Source: Chlorokybus atmophyticus (taxonomy: Eukaryota; Plantae; Mesostigma and Chlorokybus algae). From it: 64,000 bases of DNA. A model generated the notes under the pieces. It saw only the letters and a list, made by a program, of their open reading frames with translations. It had not been told where the DNA came from and made no database searches. The DNA lies in NCBI GenBank assembly GCA_009103225.1, contig RHPI01002069.1, positions 583,378-647,377 on the forward strand. The letters are read 5' to 3'. Position numbers and translations under genes: made by a program. This document shows, piece by piece, positions 22,249 through 41,686 of the stretch (positions within the stretch are counted from its first letter, which is position 1; each line of letters starts with the position of its first letter).

Positions 22249-25200
22249 GAGTTCGAGCAGCATCGGATCATCAAAGAACTTGTTAATGCTAACGTCTTCA
22301 CTCATGCCCTGCACAGCAGATAGGCATACATTTGTAAGTGGCAAACACGCAGGAAGGATGCAGCGCAGCTCTGCAAGCTCGCATGGCAAACCTTTCGACG
22401 CCTTGTCTTGACCATGAACTCGCGAGCTAGGTGCTGAACAGGCGCTGGCTCCAAAGGCCTCATCACGATAGACTGCGCAGTTGCACAATATAGCACTCAG
22501 TCTTCACTGACAGACCCCAATGACAACATACACTGGTGGTACAATCAGTGCTGTTACCTTATCCAGAGGGTCTCCAGGCACAATCTGCCAGTGGTCAAAC
22601 ACAGACACGCAGAACGCTTGACCTTGCGTGTGATACCTCAAGTCCGTTTCAAAACCGAAGGACTCAACCGTTGGGATGAAAGCCTGCCACACAATGCCTT
22701 AGCGAATGGTCCTTTGCTTTGCGCTCTACTACTACCAGCTGGGCTGCATACCTTCACAATATAAATGGGGGTTCCAGGCTTCGGCACATCTGCTGTTACA
22801 TGCCCTCTCCTCCTCGACAGCACCGTGTAGATTGCCGACATGCAGTCTGCAGGCGTTTGCACCTGTGCAAGCGCGTGTCAGCCAATGTGCAAGAGCTCAC
22901 AGACGCCAGCTGTCAGTCATCTAGGCTTTTTAATTGCGTCCTGCTCAATAGGTCCATAATTAAACGCGGGTGGGGTGGAGGGTGGGGGGTCGGGGGTCTG
23001 ACCTCGACGTAGTAAACAGGCTCCATCAAGCGTGGCGTAGCCATCAGGAAAGCTGAGTAAGCCACACGACGGGCGGTGGGAATGATCTGTCCGCCACCCC
23101 TGTGCAGAGGCTCAGGAGCGATGGTCGCATCAAGGATCTTGAACTTGACATTGCGAATGGGTTCATCACACAAGGGTCCTTCTCGTGTGCCCCACTGGAA
23201 CCCTTGCACAATAGAATCCTTGACAGCTCCAAGCAAGGACTTGTCAACCTCTGAAGGAAGAGTATCATCTAGCAGAATGTTGGGGCCTTGCTTGTCTGGG
23301 CCAAACGCCCATATGGACCTTGCAGCAAGCAGATCCCAATCATATCGCGTCTGGAAGAAGTCACCCAGCTTCTTGCGAGGCCAATCGATGCTGACAGCAC
23401 CATTTTCGACATCTTCTGCTAAGCCTTTCTCCAGTGGCTCTGCAATCTAACAGAGGAAATGGACCGTAAGGAATGCTCACACATGATGCAATGTAGGATT
23501 GATACCAAACAAGAGCGTCTACCATCGTCAGCTTGTTTTTCTTGTTTGGCGTCTCCGCAAAGCATTTCAGCGAAGACGTTTCGACCACAGTCTCGCAGAA
23601 AGAGACAACTGGGTCAGCAACTTTGATCTCAACTTCAGCATAAAGATCTCGCAGGTCCTTCATCACACTGTCCAAAAAAATCTCTCCAGTGCCCATGATG
23701 GTGTGCTCTCCAGACTCCTCCACCTTGGTCACTGCCAACGGGTAACTCTTATTGATCTTCCGCAGCCCCTCCACCATCTTTGGCAATTCAGATGGATTGA
23801 GTGGCTCGGTTGCAATCTTCACCACCTGCATAACAGCAAATAGTCTTAAACTACCAGGCACTGGTCAGTGTATTGCACCCGTTCAACACTACAGTGCCCA
23901 ACCACAGCAAAGCCATACCGATGCAGTGTTAAACTTCAATGGCCTGAAGATGTAAACTTCCTCATCCAAGTGTTCATCAGTCAGTGTGGCTGTCTTGGTG
24001 ATTGAAGCATCTACACCTTCAATGAGCACCCAGGTGCCCGCGGTTGCTTGTTTCAATGGAATTCGGTACCTGCAATGTACAGTGCAATGTTATAGCATTG
24101 GGGGCAGCTGACACGCATGTCACAAATGGTAAGCGCCAACTCAGTGAACATGTAAAGCCTTACCGAGCTTCGTATGCCCATATGTTGGAGACTGTTTTGA
24201 CTGCCATGTCTTCTTCATCATCAGGTGAGTATCCCTAAAGACCAAGAGATAAACGTTGAGTTCGTTCAACTGGGGCACTGCACATACATGCGGCACTTTC
24301 AGTTACACAACTGACACTCACCTCTCCAAGTACCCTCACAGTCATGCCAGGGCGCAATGTGCCGCTCATCACTCGCCCCAAGGCATCAAACGCACTGCAG
24401 TCTGACTTTGGATACAACTTGGTGATGTACACCTGCACCATGCGACCGGTCGCAGCCTGTTCACCCAAGCCTTTTTGCACGTGAGGTTTCAGATATCAGC
24501 ATCTTACCATCAATGGTCCATTCGCATTGCATAACGCCATTGACCCCGCGATTTCACTGTCTTGAGGTCCTGAATAGATGTGCTCCACCTGTAAATGTGT
24601 AGTACAAGCTTGCATCAGGACCCTGGCAAGGCATGTAAGAACTCGATATGCAGTGCACCTTACCTTGGCTGGTGCAGCATCAATGGCAGATGGAATGTGC
24701 TTCACAAGCATATCAGTGAAGCCGGTGGCACTTCCAAACACACGCGTGCAGGCAGCCTTCAGCAAAGGCTTAACGTCCAGGTGATACTCTGCAGCAAGAC
24801 CAACTCTCAGCATGCGACCTCAGCGGGGTGACGACGACCTAACCTGCAAGAGGCGTACCTGATGACTTCAAGTAAACCCCGAACTCTTCGAGTGTCATTT
24901 CCACATTTTTCTGATGCTCTCCAATGACCTGGCTGTACAACTTATACAGGGGCTCTAGGATAAACTGAACAAAGGTGCGCTTTGACTCGGCATCTGCCGG
25001 CTTCTTCTTGAAGGCTGTACGCCAAGACTAATGTCAGGTTCAAATGTGAAAACTCAAAGGACATACTGATATGGACTAGAGTAGACTGTTGCATGAAGAA
25101 AGGGGAGGGATGTCGGGTCAACCAAGACATGAGGCTGCAAGGGACATGCATCTGACTGGTGGTGGGAGGAGGGGGTTGAGCGCTCTTACTTCTGGTGCTT

Positions 25201-27674
25201 GGCTGGAAGTAGACATCACCCCACAGCCTTGCAGCGAATGCTTCTGAGTCCAACTTGATACCTTGCACGTCTACGTACAACTTGGCGAAAGACTGAAGAG
25301 AAGGAATGCCAGCCAATCAACACAAGCAAAATGTAGCATATGATTGACAAGGGACAACACGTTGCACAGCCGCACCTGCAAGGTGAAAGACCAGCCTGAA
25401 ATGCCGCTCGCAAAACACACGTTGCCCAACACAGGATCCACCTGCAGAGTCGCTGTCAGTCATTGCCATTTGCAGTTTGCACCAAGCTCTGCAGAGAGAG
25501 GTGTACCCACCTGTGGTGGTTCCAATCCAGCTGACGCCCCAGCCAAAATTGTGTTAATCTGCATCCGGGACATGAAAGGCTCAGCATGCGGCATAGTGCA
25601 GCCATATCAAATAACGAGCCAATGCACTTGCAAACTGCCAGCAACTTCTGTGTGTTGGTGTAGGCTGTTTCAGACTCATACCTCTTCCAACGTGTGGCGC
25701 AGCTTGTGATACGCGTCGTCCGGAGGAAGTTTCAACTCCACAATTAACCGATCAACCTGCACCAGAGTCGTCATCAATACCCATCAATGTCAAGTGCGTT
25801 CCGGGCAAGCATGTACACCAGCTGAAGTCAACAGCTGCTAACCTTGTTGATGACCACAACAATGGGCAGCCGTTCTGACACTGCGTGCCGCAGGGCTCGC
25901 TCGGTGTTCACCTGAGATCACATGCACATTGGCCAACGCAGCACTGACTTCAAGTGTATCCAAAGATGTCCCAAAGCAGGATTACCATGACACCTTCAAC
26001 GGCATCCACCACGATAACTGCTCCATCAGACAAGCGCAACGCGGCTGTCATCTCGTCTGAGAAGTTGACGTGCCTGCCGAAAAAGGTTCAGTACACAGGA
26101 TCAACCTCTGCAACACGCCTAGCAGCGTCAACTTGCACTGCTAGGCATACCCTGGTGTATCCATGATGTTGACCAGGTACGACTTCCCAATGCTGTTTTC
26201 CAGAACAAGTGATAGCGGCATAGCCTTGATGGAGATGCCGCGCTCTTCTTCATCTAGTCGCGTATCGGTATACCTCATGGGCCTTTCATCAGATCTGCTC
26301 CACACAGACGATCACAACCAGCTTGCAGAATGGGTTATGAGGTGTTTGCACTGCATGCTACAAAAGCAGCATGATGAGACAACAAGTGAATGCATCTGTT
26401 AGTCGCAGCCAATCTGTTTGTTTGGGCGCTGACGGGGGCCTAATGTGACAACTAATGTGCACATGGCTTGTGAAGAGCCAGGGGGCTAAAACATAGTACG
26501 TGCAGCGCTTACATGTCTCGCTTGGGGAACTGGTGTGTCTGCTCCACTAGCATGTCCATCAATATAGTCTTGCCATGGTGCAAATGGCCAACAACGGCCA
26601 CATTCCGCACTAGCGCAGGGTTACTCATCAAGCCAGACAAGAACCTGGAAACAACAACGGTAAGCCTGCAAACTTCTCTGATCGCTGCAGCATAGCATCA
26701 ATATGAAGGTAAGGTGCAGATAAGTCCAGGCGTACTCTGGAGAAAAGTATGGTACAATCTTGCCCTTCTGTAACACTTCAAAGCGCTTCGCTTTGACCGG
26801 CGCGACAATCGGTTGCTCCAGGGGTTGAGCGTCTTCCTCCATGACAAGCGCTTCCGTCTCCTCGCCAAAGGTCTGCGTCACAGCCAACACTGATCAGCAT
26901 TGCCCCTGCAACAGGCACAAAGTTACATCGACTGTAAGCTATAACACATGCATAGACAGAACACAGGCCTCAGCAAGAATATTGGAAACTTCGCTGGAGT
27001 CATTTATAGGCTTGCTATGTCTACATCAATCATGACAGAGGCTGTAGGCTGTACTCTTGCACCATGTTGAGCTGGTGCGTCGAGTGCATGCAACAGTATA
27101 CACCTCATGCAATAGTATACGCTTGATCGCGATGGCTTTGTGCACGTTTTATGCACATCTCCACCGCGATACATAATTCCCAGTGTAGGCAGCACGTTGA
27201 GTTAAACATCAGGCAAGCGCCAGGCCTGTGCATGCTTGTGCAGACTGTCAACACGATGCAAACCAGATGAATTGTGCATATGTCAGAATTGTCATGCACC
27301 ACTAGCTGTGACTGCTATGTCTGATATGATACATGCACACAGCTGTCTTTTCTTTGCATGCAAACTATCCGCTGTGCACAGCAATAACTCACCTCTGCGG
27401 CAGTCGGGTAATACTTCTTGTCTTCGGCAAGAACAATACTGCGTTCAAGGTGCTCCGCCTCTTCCATGACGCGGTCCCGAGCACCAGCTTCAGCTCGAGC
27501 AAGCCATCGCTCATCGTCCTCATCGTCGCCATCCTCAACCATACCGTCCTGAGCATGCCCGTTAGCCCTGGCTCCGTTCTCCTCCTCCTCAACCTCCTCA
27601 TCGGAAGCGTCGGACTCTTCCTCCAAGTCCGGGCCTATGTAGTTACCAAACTCATCATACAAATTATCGTCCAT
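22213..27674 (-). CDS. SNU114: 116 kDa U5 snRNP GTPase (Snu114/EFTUD2), multi-exon
   Basis: [17 protein letters not shown]; [13 protein letters not shown]; [23 protein letters not shown]; [19 protein letters not shown]; [17 protein letters not shown]; ends [21 protein letters not shown]. Confidence 0.97.
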
Positions 27675-27869
27675 GTTGCTGGCTTGGCCTGGCCGCCTCC
27701 TTGCCTTGCGCACACAGCCAGCAAGAGCTCCGCTGCGTCTCCACCTTCAGCAATATCTGTCCAGTCAACCTCCAAAGCTACTCAAGCAGCGACTCCTGCT
27801 CAACACGGGACCACCGCCGCCTCAGCCACCGGCGCCGCCTCCGCCGCTGCCAGCATGCATGCGCAGTGT

Positions 27870-27877
27870 TAGGGTTT
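27870..27877 (-). promoter_or_regulatory. Telo-box (AAACCCTA) in the SNU114/WD40 divergent intergenic region
   Basis: tagggttt, ~200 bp upstream of the SNU114 ATG. Confidence 0.5.
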
Positions 27878-28124
27878 CTTCCCTGCTCGCGTTTGTTCCG
27901 TAATGCCCGGCTGCGGTGTATGACCCGGCCTCGCACTGCGCGTGCTTACTCTACCGGAAAGGTAGTTTGGCATGCTTGTCAACGTCGTTGCCAACAACTT
28001 GTTGGCGGCAACATTGGCGGCGGCGGTCGCCGCGCAGGTGGTGGTGGTGTCCGTGTCCTGTCGCAGAATCGGAGGCTCAAAATTGGTGCATGCGCTTGTA
28101 GATAGACTACAAGAGCAGCTGATC

Positions 28125-30413
28125 ATGGATGCCGGAGCAGGCGGGAAGCGGGGCTTGGATGGCGGTTTGTTTGTGCTTGCGCTGGCCACAGGCGTTGCTG
28201 GTGTTGTGATTATGGTCGCCTGCGCTGCGCTTGCACGACGAGTGTCGAGGCTCCGAGCTGCTGCCACCTCCAGCGCTGCTCATGAGCTCCAGTCTGCACA
28301 GCAAGCCATCCGTCCAGAGGCTGACAAGGCCAGCAAAGCAAAAGCAGCAGCAGTAGCCAAGCGCCACGCCACAGCAGTAGCGCAAGAGAAAAGGGTAAGT
28401 CAGGAAGCCGCGTGTGGTTACAGTTGACTAACGTTTTCGGTGCATGGTCACTGTTCCTGCTGCATTAGACATTTTCAACAAGTCTGCTTGAGTATGGCTA
28501 ATGGTATGGCTGATGTCAATCCGTTGTGTCCATGCTGGCATGCATGTACTCCTGATTGGACGCTTCTGACCGCATTGCACTCCCTCTGGATGGCAGCACG
28601 AAGACGAGTTGAATGTGATCAAAGGGCATGCCGCAGACATTACTGCCGTCGCAGTCAGCAGTGACGGCTCAGCAATTGCCTCAGCGTGTGTGGATCATAG
28701 TCTGCGCATTTTCCGGCTTGATGACATCCATGCCAAAACGTTTCGGTACGCACCAGTTTGGTCGTTCGGTTACAAAGGCTGCATGTTGTTGCAGCATTGT
28801 CATTGAGTCCGCAACGCGTGCGCCAAAGTCTTTAAAGGTCGTGTGGGGATTGAGCCTTGCCATCTTGGCACAGCGCAGCTTCCAGCGAATCAACATGGAT
28901 CGCAATCATGGTGTTGGGTTGGCGTTTGGCGATGGCACCAAGCAGCTAGTTGTTGCAACAGAAACCCCTACGGGAAGTGAGCTGCTGATGTACAGTCTCG
29001 AGGACAAACCGTCAGCTGATAACAAATCTAAAGCTCATACCCCATCATGGCACGTGCACGAGTGCCACAAGAGTCAGGGTGTGCTGACCCTGGCAGCCGG
29101 TGGCGACCACACCGCACTGGGCAGTGTTGTCGCTTCATGTTCTGAAGGTATGACGCTGTTCGCCCTGCTTACAGTTGTGCGTTTATCTGAATAATGTAAT
29201 CGGTGCACAAGTCATCAGTGCAGTTCCCGCCACTGCATATGAAGGGCATGACCACAGGGACTGTTGTTTAGGTACCATGATACGATTGTGGTCAGCAACT
29301 ACTGGAAAGTTGCTCGCTGAAGTTGACACAAGCCAACTGAAGAATCACATGGCAGCAGTGTCACCTGGTGTGTCTCCTTCCCTGTTGTGAGTTTGCGTCT
29401 GGGTCAAATGGCCGCGCTTGGTAACGGAATATGATCGCACCTGTGTAGCGCAGATGGCCGTTTCCTTGCAGCAGCAGCATTTACTGCAGATGCAAAGGTT
29501 TGTGTCCTGTGACACGCTGAAAACATTCTCACGACTTGTGTCACTTAGCGCTAACCACGCTCCTGTCTATCATCTGCCAGCTGTGGGAAGTAGCAGCATC
29601 CAAGGGAGGTGCATTCAAGCAACTGAACAAAGTCATGCAACTCAAAGGCCACACGGTATGCAACAGTTGTGATTAGCCAGTCACTCGGCGTGTCATGTCA
29701 ATATGGACAGCTTAATTACATTGTGCCCTGCACTTGCAGCGTGCGGTGACGTGGTTGGACTTTGGCATGGACTCCAAAACAATGGCAACCGCGTCAAAGG
29801 ATGGGACTTGGAAGCTGTGGAACATAGATGGTAAGCACAACGCTCAAGCCTTGTGTCTAAGTGTCTCCAAGCGTGCTCGCACTTGGATTTTTAGATACGA
29901 GGACTAAAAGCAGGACACTTCTGCAGTCAGGTACCATATGGATGAAGACCCCAAGTGCGTGTTAACAGTACGCTGTGCGCTTAAGGACGCTGCGCACTAC
30001 GACTTCATCACCCTGGCCCCTGGAGGCGAAATGGTGGCAGCTGCTGTGAAGAAGACGGTGCACTTCTTTGACTGCAAAAGCGGGAAGCTTCTGCATGCTA
30101 TCGACTCTCCACATGAAGGTGGGCTGTGACACTGACGCATGTTGATATTGTCTCACATGGTTTGCTGATTGACTTCAGCCTTCCACACAACCTGAATTTT
30201 CAGGTGACCTGACAAGCATACGATTCCTTCCTCGGCAATTAAAGTCAGGTATTCTGCATGTGCTTGTGTCATTCAAAAGAGTTGCTGCATTTCATGAACC
30301 CACAACTGACAACCACACTGTTTGTAGAACATGGACCAATGTTGGTCCTCGTCACTGCTGGAACCGACAGGAAAATTCGCTTGTGGCGTGCACCTAATGC
30401 AGATTCTGCGTAG
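28125..30413 (+). CDS. TBL2-like WD40-repeat protein with N-terminal transmembrane segment (start could be 27972)
   Basis: TM segment LFVLALATGVAGVVIMVACAAL; LNVIKGHAADITAVAVSSDGSAIASACVDHSLRIFRLDD; DSKTMATASKDGTWKLWNID; RYHMDEDPK; ends TAGTDRKIRLWRAPNADSA*. Confidence 0.8.
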
Positions 30414-31323
30414 AGTACAGATTGCTGCATTGCCAGCTCAAGTGGGATCCAGATTGGCTGCTGCATAGCCAACAGTTGCAATCCGAATGAGCGTGGGTGT
30501 GTGCACATGTGGCTTGGCCTTGCCGTGAAGCACCAGAAGTTTGTATACGCCACGCAAGACGCGCTGCTGTACTCAAATCCACAACAATCAAGAGCAGCCA
30601 GAATCAAAGCTGTGGTTCGTGCCAACCAGCTGACGCAATGCAATTGGCAAAGCCTCCAACTTCCACTGAACTGCACCATGATGTTACCTTGTATTGATGA
30701 ACACATGCTACCTGAGCTGGCTTGCCTATCTATGCCGGTGGGCAGTTGTGTAGTGCCAGTAACATAAGAGGTAGGGTTGCAGGAAAAGTGTTACTGTTTG
30801 TACACATTTATGTGGTCTGTGCTGCGTGGAATGCAACCACAGTTGCATGCTGATCATCAAGCGGTCAATGTTGCACTGCCTACTGCCCCTGCTTGCACAT
30901 ATGTAGCAGAACTTGGAAAACTTCTTGTTCACATCTCTAGAACAACGTCTATTCACCACTTACTGCTTATCATATGCAAGCCCTCAGCCACTGTACCCAA
31001 GCTGCCTGCTGCATAGGGTATGAGTCATATTGCACACAGCTGCTTGCATACCTAGAGTTGTTATGGTGTTGGTTGTTGTGGTGGAGTTTGTCGCGATGGT
31101 TGCTTTGCTGAGTGGAATCACTGTCTCCACTTATGCATGGCTGGATCAAGCTAATGAGCGTGCAGTCCACTCAATACCTAAATAACTGCAGCCAACTTAT
31201 GCTCTCAAACCGCTCACAAACACGCACCACCACCCTTATTCCCAAGCAGTAAGCCAATCACTGTACTACAGATACCCATGTCACTTAATGTAATCTAAAC
31301 CTAACAGCAAGCAGCGTGCAACA

Positions 31324-34300
31324 CTATCTCAAATCAGTCTCAACCGCAGGCTCCTCTTCCCAATCGAATGTCAGCTTGTAGATCTGGTCGTAGTGCTCAA
31401 CAAAGTGCACATCCAGATCTGTCTTCAGGTAGTCTGGAAGTTCTTCGTAATCCCTCTGATTACCAGATGGGAAAATGAGTGTTTTGACTCCACTGCGCCG
31501 AGCCGCAACAGTCTTCTCGCGCACTCCGCCAATAGGCAGCACTGCCCCTGTCAAAGTCACCTCGCCCGTCATTGCCAGATTGGGCCGCACCGGCTTGCCG
31601 AGCGCGAGCGACAGGATGGAGGTGATCATCGTGCAGCCGGCACTCGGTCCGTCCTTGGGCGTGGCGCCGGCGGGAACGTGCATGTGCAATGTGTTGGTGC
31701 TGAAAAAATTGGCTGCTGGAAGCGCAGGGCCGGGAGCTGCAGCTGTAGCGAACTCTTGCGTGGCCCCTGCAAGTGCAAGTGTCATCCCCAAAAAACCCCG
31801 ACTCTGGTCGCACAACAGAAAACACCAGCAGACTAGCTGCTCTACAATGAGCATTGAGGGCTGGACACAGCACTGCTCAACCAATGCATGCAGTGTTTAT
31901 GCAAAAACAACCACAGCAAGACCACCATGTGCCACACGATTTAGCGCAATACCTGCTGGTGCTCCTGCAGGTTGCGCTTGCAGAAGCGTGCGCTGTGCCG
32001 TTTGTTGCTGGACAATACGGGTGTAGTACTGTCTGGCGACCGTGTATGCGATGGTCGCGCTTTCCTTCATGACATCGCCAAGCTGGCCGGTGGTCCTGAG
32101 GCTGCCGCGGCCCTCGGCTTTGTCTTCAACGGTGGTTTCCACGTACAGCGTCATTCCGCCCATGGAGGTCCAGGCCAGGCCCATCACCACGCCGACAGGC
32201 GTCTGCTTGTAGAACTTCTCGCTCGTAAATGTGGGACTGCCCACATACTGCTGCAGATCCGACTCCTCGATTGCGACTAGAGTTGCCTCCTTGGCGTCAC
32301 CGGAGCGAACGAGTTTCAAGGCAACCTTGCGGTAGATCCTCTCGAGCTGCTTTGACAGGTTTCTGACACCCGCTTCTCGGCAGTACTCATCAATTAACCT
32401 CTTCAAAGCACTCTCTGTTACAACGGCCTTGTCCTTCTCAACTCCAGATCGCTCCTTGGCTTGTGGCTCTAGGTAGTCCCGTGCAATGGCGAGCTTTTCT
32501 TCTGCAATATAGCCAGCTAACCTAATCACCTGAGAAACAGCAAGGCACGACAGGAATATCAGCAAATGGTGTCAACTACTCGCAAATGCTAAGGCCATGA
32601 TGCTAAGCAAGGCAAAAACTAAGTCAGGCATGTTCTTCAAAAATGGTTACCTCCATGCGATCAAGAAGGGGCCCAGGGATTGCTTCAACAACATTTGCCG
32701 TGCAAATGAACAAGACCTTGGACAAGTCTACGGGGACATCCAGATAATGATCTAGGAAAGAGGCGTTCTGTTCGGGGTCCAGCAGCTCGAGCAGTGCACT
32801 CGCTGGATCTCCCTGTTCCGGCAATGGTGTTAACACTGAGCTCCACCATCTGGTTGCAGAGGCATGGACGTGCAGCATATATATACATAAAAATGCATAC
32901 CTGGTAACCCCTCCCAAGCTTGTCAATCTCATCAATCATAACAACTGGATTGCTGGTGCCAATGGCCTTCAGAGCCTGCACCAACTTGCCGGGCATTGCA
33001 CCAACGTACGTTCGTCGATGACCCTGTCAAACACATACCAACATCAGGACTCAGATTGGTTGCAGTGGCCAATCTACAAAACACAGAGATGCTGCACAAA
33101 ACAACAACCATGCATACCTTGATCTCTGCAACATCACTGAGCCCACCAACTGAAAACCGGTAAAACTTGCGATCCAGTGCACGCGCAATAGACTTCCCTA
33201 TACTGGTCTTGCCAACACCAGGTGGGCCACTCAAACAGATAATCTTGCCCTGCAGTGCACACCGAGTTAGTTAAATGTGACTTCCGTTCTCCGCAAGAAA
33301 TAACCCCTCCAAAGTGATGCGTGTTCAACAGGCTCTGACGTATGTGGGTGCCATACCTGTGTATTGCCGCGCAAGTGGCCCACGGCAATGAATTCAAGAA
33401 TGCGCTCCTTTACATCGCTGAGGCCATAATGGTCTTCATCAAGCACCTGCAATTGCACACACACAGTCAGAGGATGCCACAGGGCGAAAGAAGCATCGCA
33501 ATCGCCGCGTGTTTACACCTTCTGTGCGTGAACGAGGTCGTAGTTCTCGGGGGTAAACTTGCCCCAAGGCAAGGCTGTCAACCAGTCCAAGTAATTGCGC
33601 GTCACATTGAACTCGCTGGAAGTTCCTTCAAGGCCTGAAAGCTTCTGCAGCTCCTCCTCGATCACTTTGACAACCTCCTCGGAGGCGTCGCCCCTGAAAG
33701 ACTCAAGCCTCTCCCGGAACTTGTCGACCAGAGCTGTCTTATCGTCCCTTTCCATACCAAGCTCCTGTGGCACAACACCTGTCAGCACATACTCAGGTAA
33801 AGATAACATCTGGAATGTATTTGTTTCAGCTTGGTTACCTTCTTAATTGACTTCAACTGCTCCATCAGAAAGAAGCGCCGCTGGTCGCCAGTAATCTTCT
33901 CCTCCACTTTTCGGCCAACTTCTGCCTGCAACCGGACAATCTCGACCTCTTTTTTCAACAAAAGAAGGGTCTTGACGAGGCGATCAGGCACCTGCGCATG
34001 CAACACGGAGTAAGCCTACATGACCATGCAACAAATACATGTCAACAAGTCTGTTAAGTGTTGCTTGCATAAATGTTAGCCGATACATCGGCAGTACCTC
34101 GCGAGTCTCCAAAATCTCTTGAAGTGCGTTGCCGTCGGCTGTGGTAAGTGTTGGGATGAAGTCTGCGACATGCGAGGGGTTCTCAAAGTTGAAGTCGCCC
34201 ATCACGCTGAAGTAGTGCGTGAGGTGCTCCTTGTAGAGCGGGTTCATTCTGATCAAGTCCCTAAGAGTAGAGATAATCTCAACTCGCGTGGCCTACACAC

Positions 34301-35909
34301 CAGACTACAAGTTACACCTTGCCAGTTTACCAACACGTCGTTCCAAAATGGGCTCTTACTCTTATAACATCATCGCTTGGTGCAATCGGGCTGTCTTTGA
34401 TGTGTTCAATGCCGACTGTAAGCGGGTCCTCGCCCTCAACTGTCGTACGCAAGATGCGCTGTCTTCCCAGCAGCAACATGGTTCCCACTTCTGTGCTCTC
34501 CTTGATGTGCTGAAAGCCAATGACCTGAAAGAATGGTCGTCAGCACATGCTGTCACGGCAACAGCACCATGATTACTCGCAGTGCAAATATGCACCTGAG
34601 AAAAGGTTCCGACACGAAAGAGATGGCCGGCGGGATCTCCCGCATCAAGCTGGTCTTCCGGCCGTTTCAGGAAAGCCCCCACGTAGGGGTGGCCTTCCTT
34701 GAACAACTCTTGAGCTCGCGTGTACAGCTTTGCATCCTGCATTAACAAAAGCATATGTTACAAAACTGGAGATGAAATTACGAGTTACTGCAACATTGCA
34801 AGCATACATGGCAAGTAGGTAATATATGACCTGGCTGACCTGTATGAACACTGGATTGATGTGGCTGTGCGGCATCAAAGGTCGCCTGATAAGGGGCACG
34901 GCGAGCACCTACAAGCATAATAAACAAATCACTAATTGAGTGTTCAACTGCGCCGAACTCTACTTACAATGACTGACATATACAGAGCGGCACCGCAGAT
35001 TGCTTGGCTACTTCTAAGCCAATTGGCATACGAGTAAACGCACCTTGCGATACTTGTCAATTTTGGGTGCTGACTGCGGTATGAGCGCATTGATGAGCCT
35101 GGCCGTGATGGAGCTATCATCGGAGATCTCATGACCACCACTGCATATGTGCCCGCGTCAATAGCGTAAAAGAGACGCATGAGGCATGCAACAGTTTTAT
35201 GTACGTCAAGGCACAAATGGCAGTAGAACAAACAAACTTGTGCACTGTTGCAAACTGCTGCAGCCATACAAGCAGTCGGGAGAAAGTGGGTTCTTACATG
35301 TACACAACCGTAAGAGCTTTTACATCCACAAATATTGTTGTATAGGTAGCATGTAGCAGCCATCATGGGAATGTAATGAATGACTGTACAACACAACGCA
35401 TCAAGTTGTCGAACCATTTGCGACATCCCAAGCACAAAACACAACTCGCAACAGAAGCGACAATCTCACAGCACCAAGGCTACCATAATTATGCAGTTTG
35501 TGTACGCACGCATGCGCAGCAACCAAAATGTGTAGTTCCTTGCAGCGCAGCTCTGGCAAAGCAACCAGCAGCAGCCGATTGCAGGCAAACAAAACTTGTT
35601 GAGTGCGTAGCTTTTTTATTATGCAACAAACCCAAAACCGGTAGCTGTCGCGTCGTGGATAATATGTGTAGACGTAATGATAAGATACTGATTTTAGTTA
35701 CTGATTATTTTAGTACTGACAAACCGCACTCACAGCTTTTTCCCGCCGCCACTCTTGGACTCGTCGTCCCCATCCTCGCCACCACCTCCAGTGCCACCTT
35801 CAGAGGAAAAGGCCCTACACAGCGCCAAGCTCCCTCGACCGTCGCCGCCGCCTGCATGCCACCAGCAGCGGGGGCGCAGCGCCCCCGCCGCCCCTCTCCG
35901 CAACAACAT
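31324..35909 (-). CDS. LON1: Mitochondrial ATP-dependent Lon protease, multi-exon
   Basis: Presequence MLLRRGAAG; Walker [17 protein letters not shown]; [15 protein letters not shown]; [19 protein letters not shown]; catalytic PKDGPSAG and [13 protein letters not shown]. Confidence 0.96.
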
Positions 35910-35932
35910 CGCCAACACTCCCGCGAAGAAGG

Positions 35933-35953
35933 AAACCCTAACCCTAACCCTAA
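35933..35953 (+). promoter_or_regulatory. Telo-box / (CCCTAA)3 in the LON-TPR divergent promoter
   Basis: aaaccctaaccctaaccctaa, ~25 bp from the LON ATG. Confidence 0.55.
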
Positions 35954-36309
35954 TCGCACCACTCTTCTAGCCTCGCTTGTACCCGTACCACGGTACATTG
36001 AACGAGATTCGAGAAGGAAGAACCCAAAGCATTGATTCCGCGTGTCAATCTTGGCAGGCATCCACGTCGTCCAGCTCGCATCGTTCGACGGCAAACGTAT
36101 GCCGTCCGATGGGTCAACGCTGGCCAGATTGGGACTCGTCACAGGCCCGGGGGTCACGTGATGGTGCGCTAGAGTTAGAGCCGTGTGCAGCAGAGTGAGA
36201 GTGAGACAGAGCAGACAAACACAAGGACAACAAGCAGGGCGGCGAAGGAGGCGACTAGGGCGGCAAGAAGGACAGGGAGGGAGAGAGGTTCCTGCGCCGC
36301 CTCGCCTCC

Positions 36310-40958
<4,649 letters not shown>

Positions 40959-41686
40959 ACATAATCGTCACGAAGTGCAGCCATCAAGCTGCAAGTGAAT
41001 TGTGTTGTACAAGTCCCGGGCTTGTGTGGAGCCATTGACATTATTGCAAAGCGGTGCATTCTTTGAGTGTATTACAGCGATTGTTTATGTACTTAGCCTG
41101 TACTGTTTATTCAGCTGCTGTGCTGACTTCAGCACAGCGCCTGCGTGTTTCTCAATGTAACGCAGTGCAATTGCCATGGTCGTCAAGTATACACACAAGC
41201 AGCTAGGACACCTGCATCGACTATGCCTTGCAACCATGTACAACTTGTGCACTTGTTATATGACATGGATGATGTCCGTTGAGACATGACATACCAAGAG
41301 CACTTCATTTACCCAAAAGAAACTTATGGCGGCACAATGCCAGGTACACCTTCTAACAAGCTCATTGACCATCCTCCTGCTACTTTTGGCCGGAATCTTA
41401 TTGCCAAGCATGAATAAAATACTCAGACTCAGACTCAGACTCAAAGCCTCATCAGCCAAGGCAACATCCTGTTTCGTATTTAACACGTGCTCCTTCCAGC
41501 TTTGATAGTTGCAGGCACCATGCAGTGAAAGGTTGGACTCGTGGGTGCATGTAGACCCATACAAGGGTGGTGTTGGCTCTGCAACCATCTTCTGCTTCAA
41601 GTCCACAGTCTGCGTGCAGTTGGCAGCCCAGCCAAAAGGTCTTGGCTTCAAGCAATCATGTCGCGTGCAACGCGGTGTTGCACCTA

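Noticed and set aside
35936-35953. Telomere or chromosome-fusion scar
   Set aside because: Only three CCCTAA units, in a promoter; better read as a telo-box.
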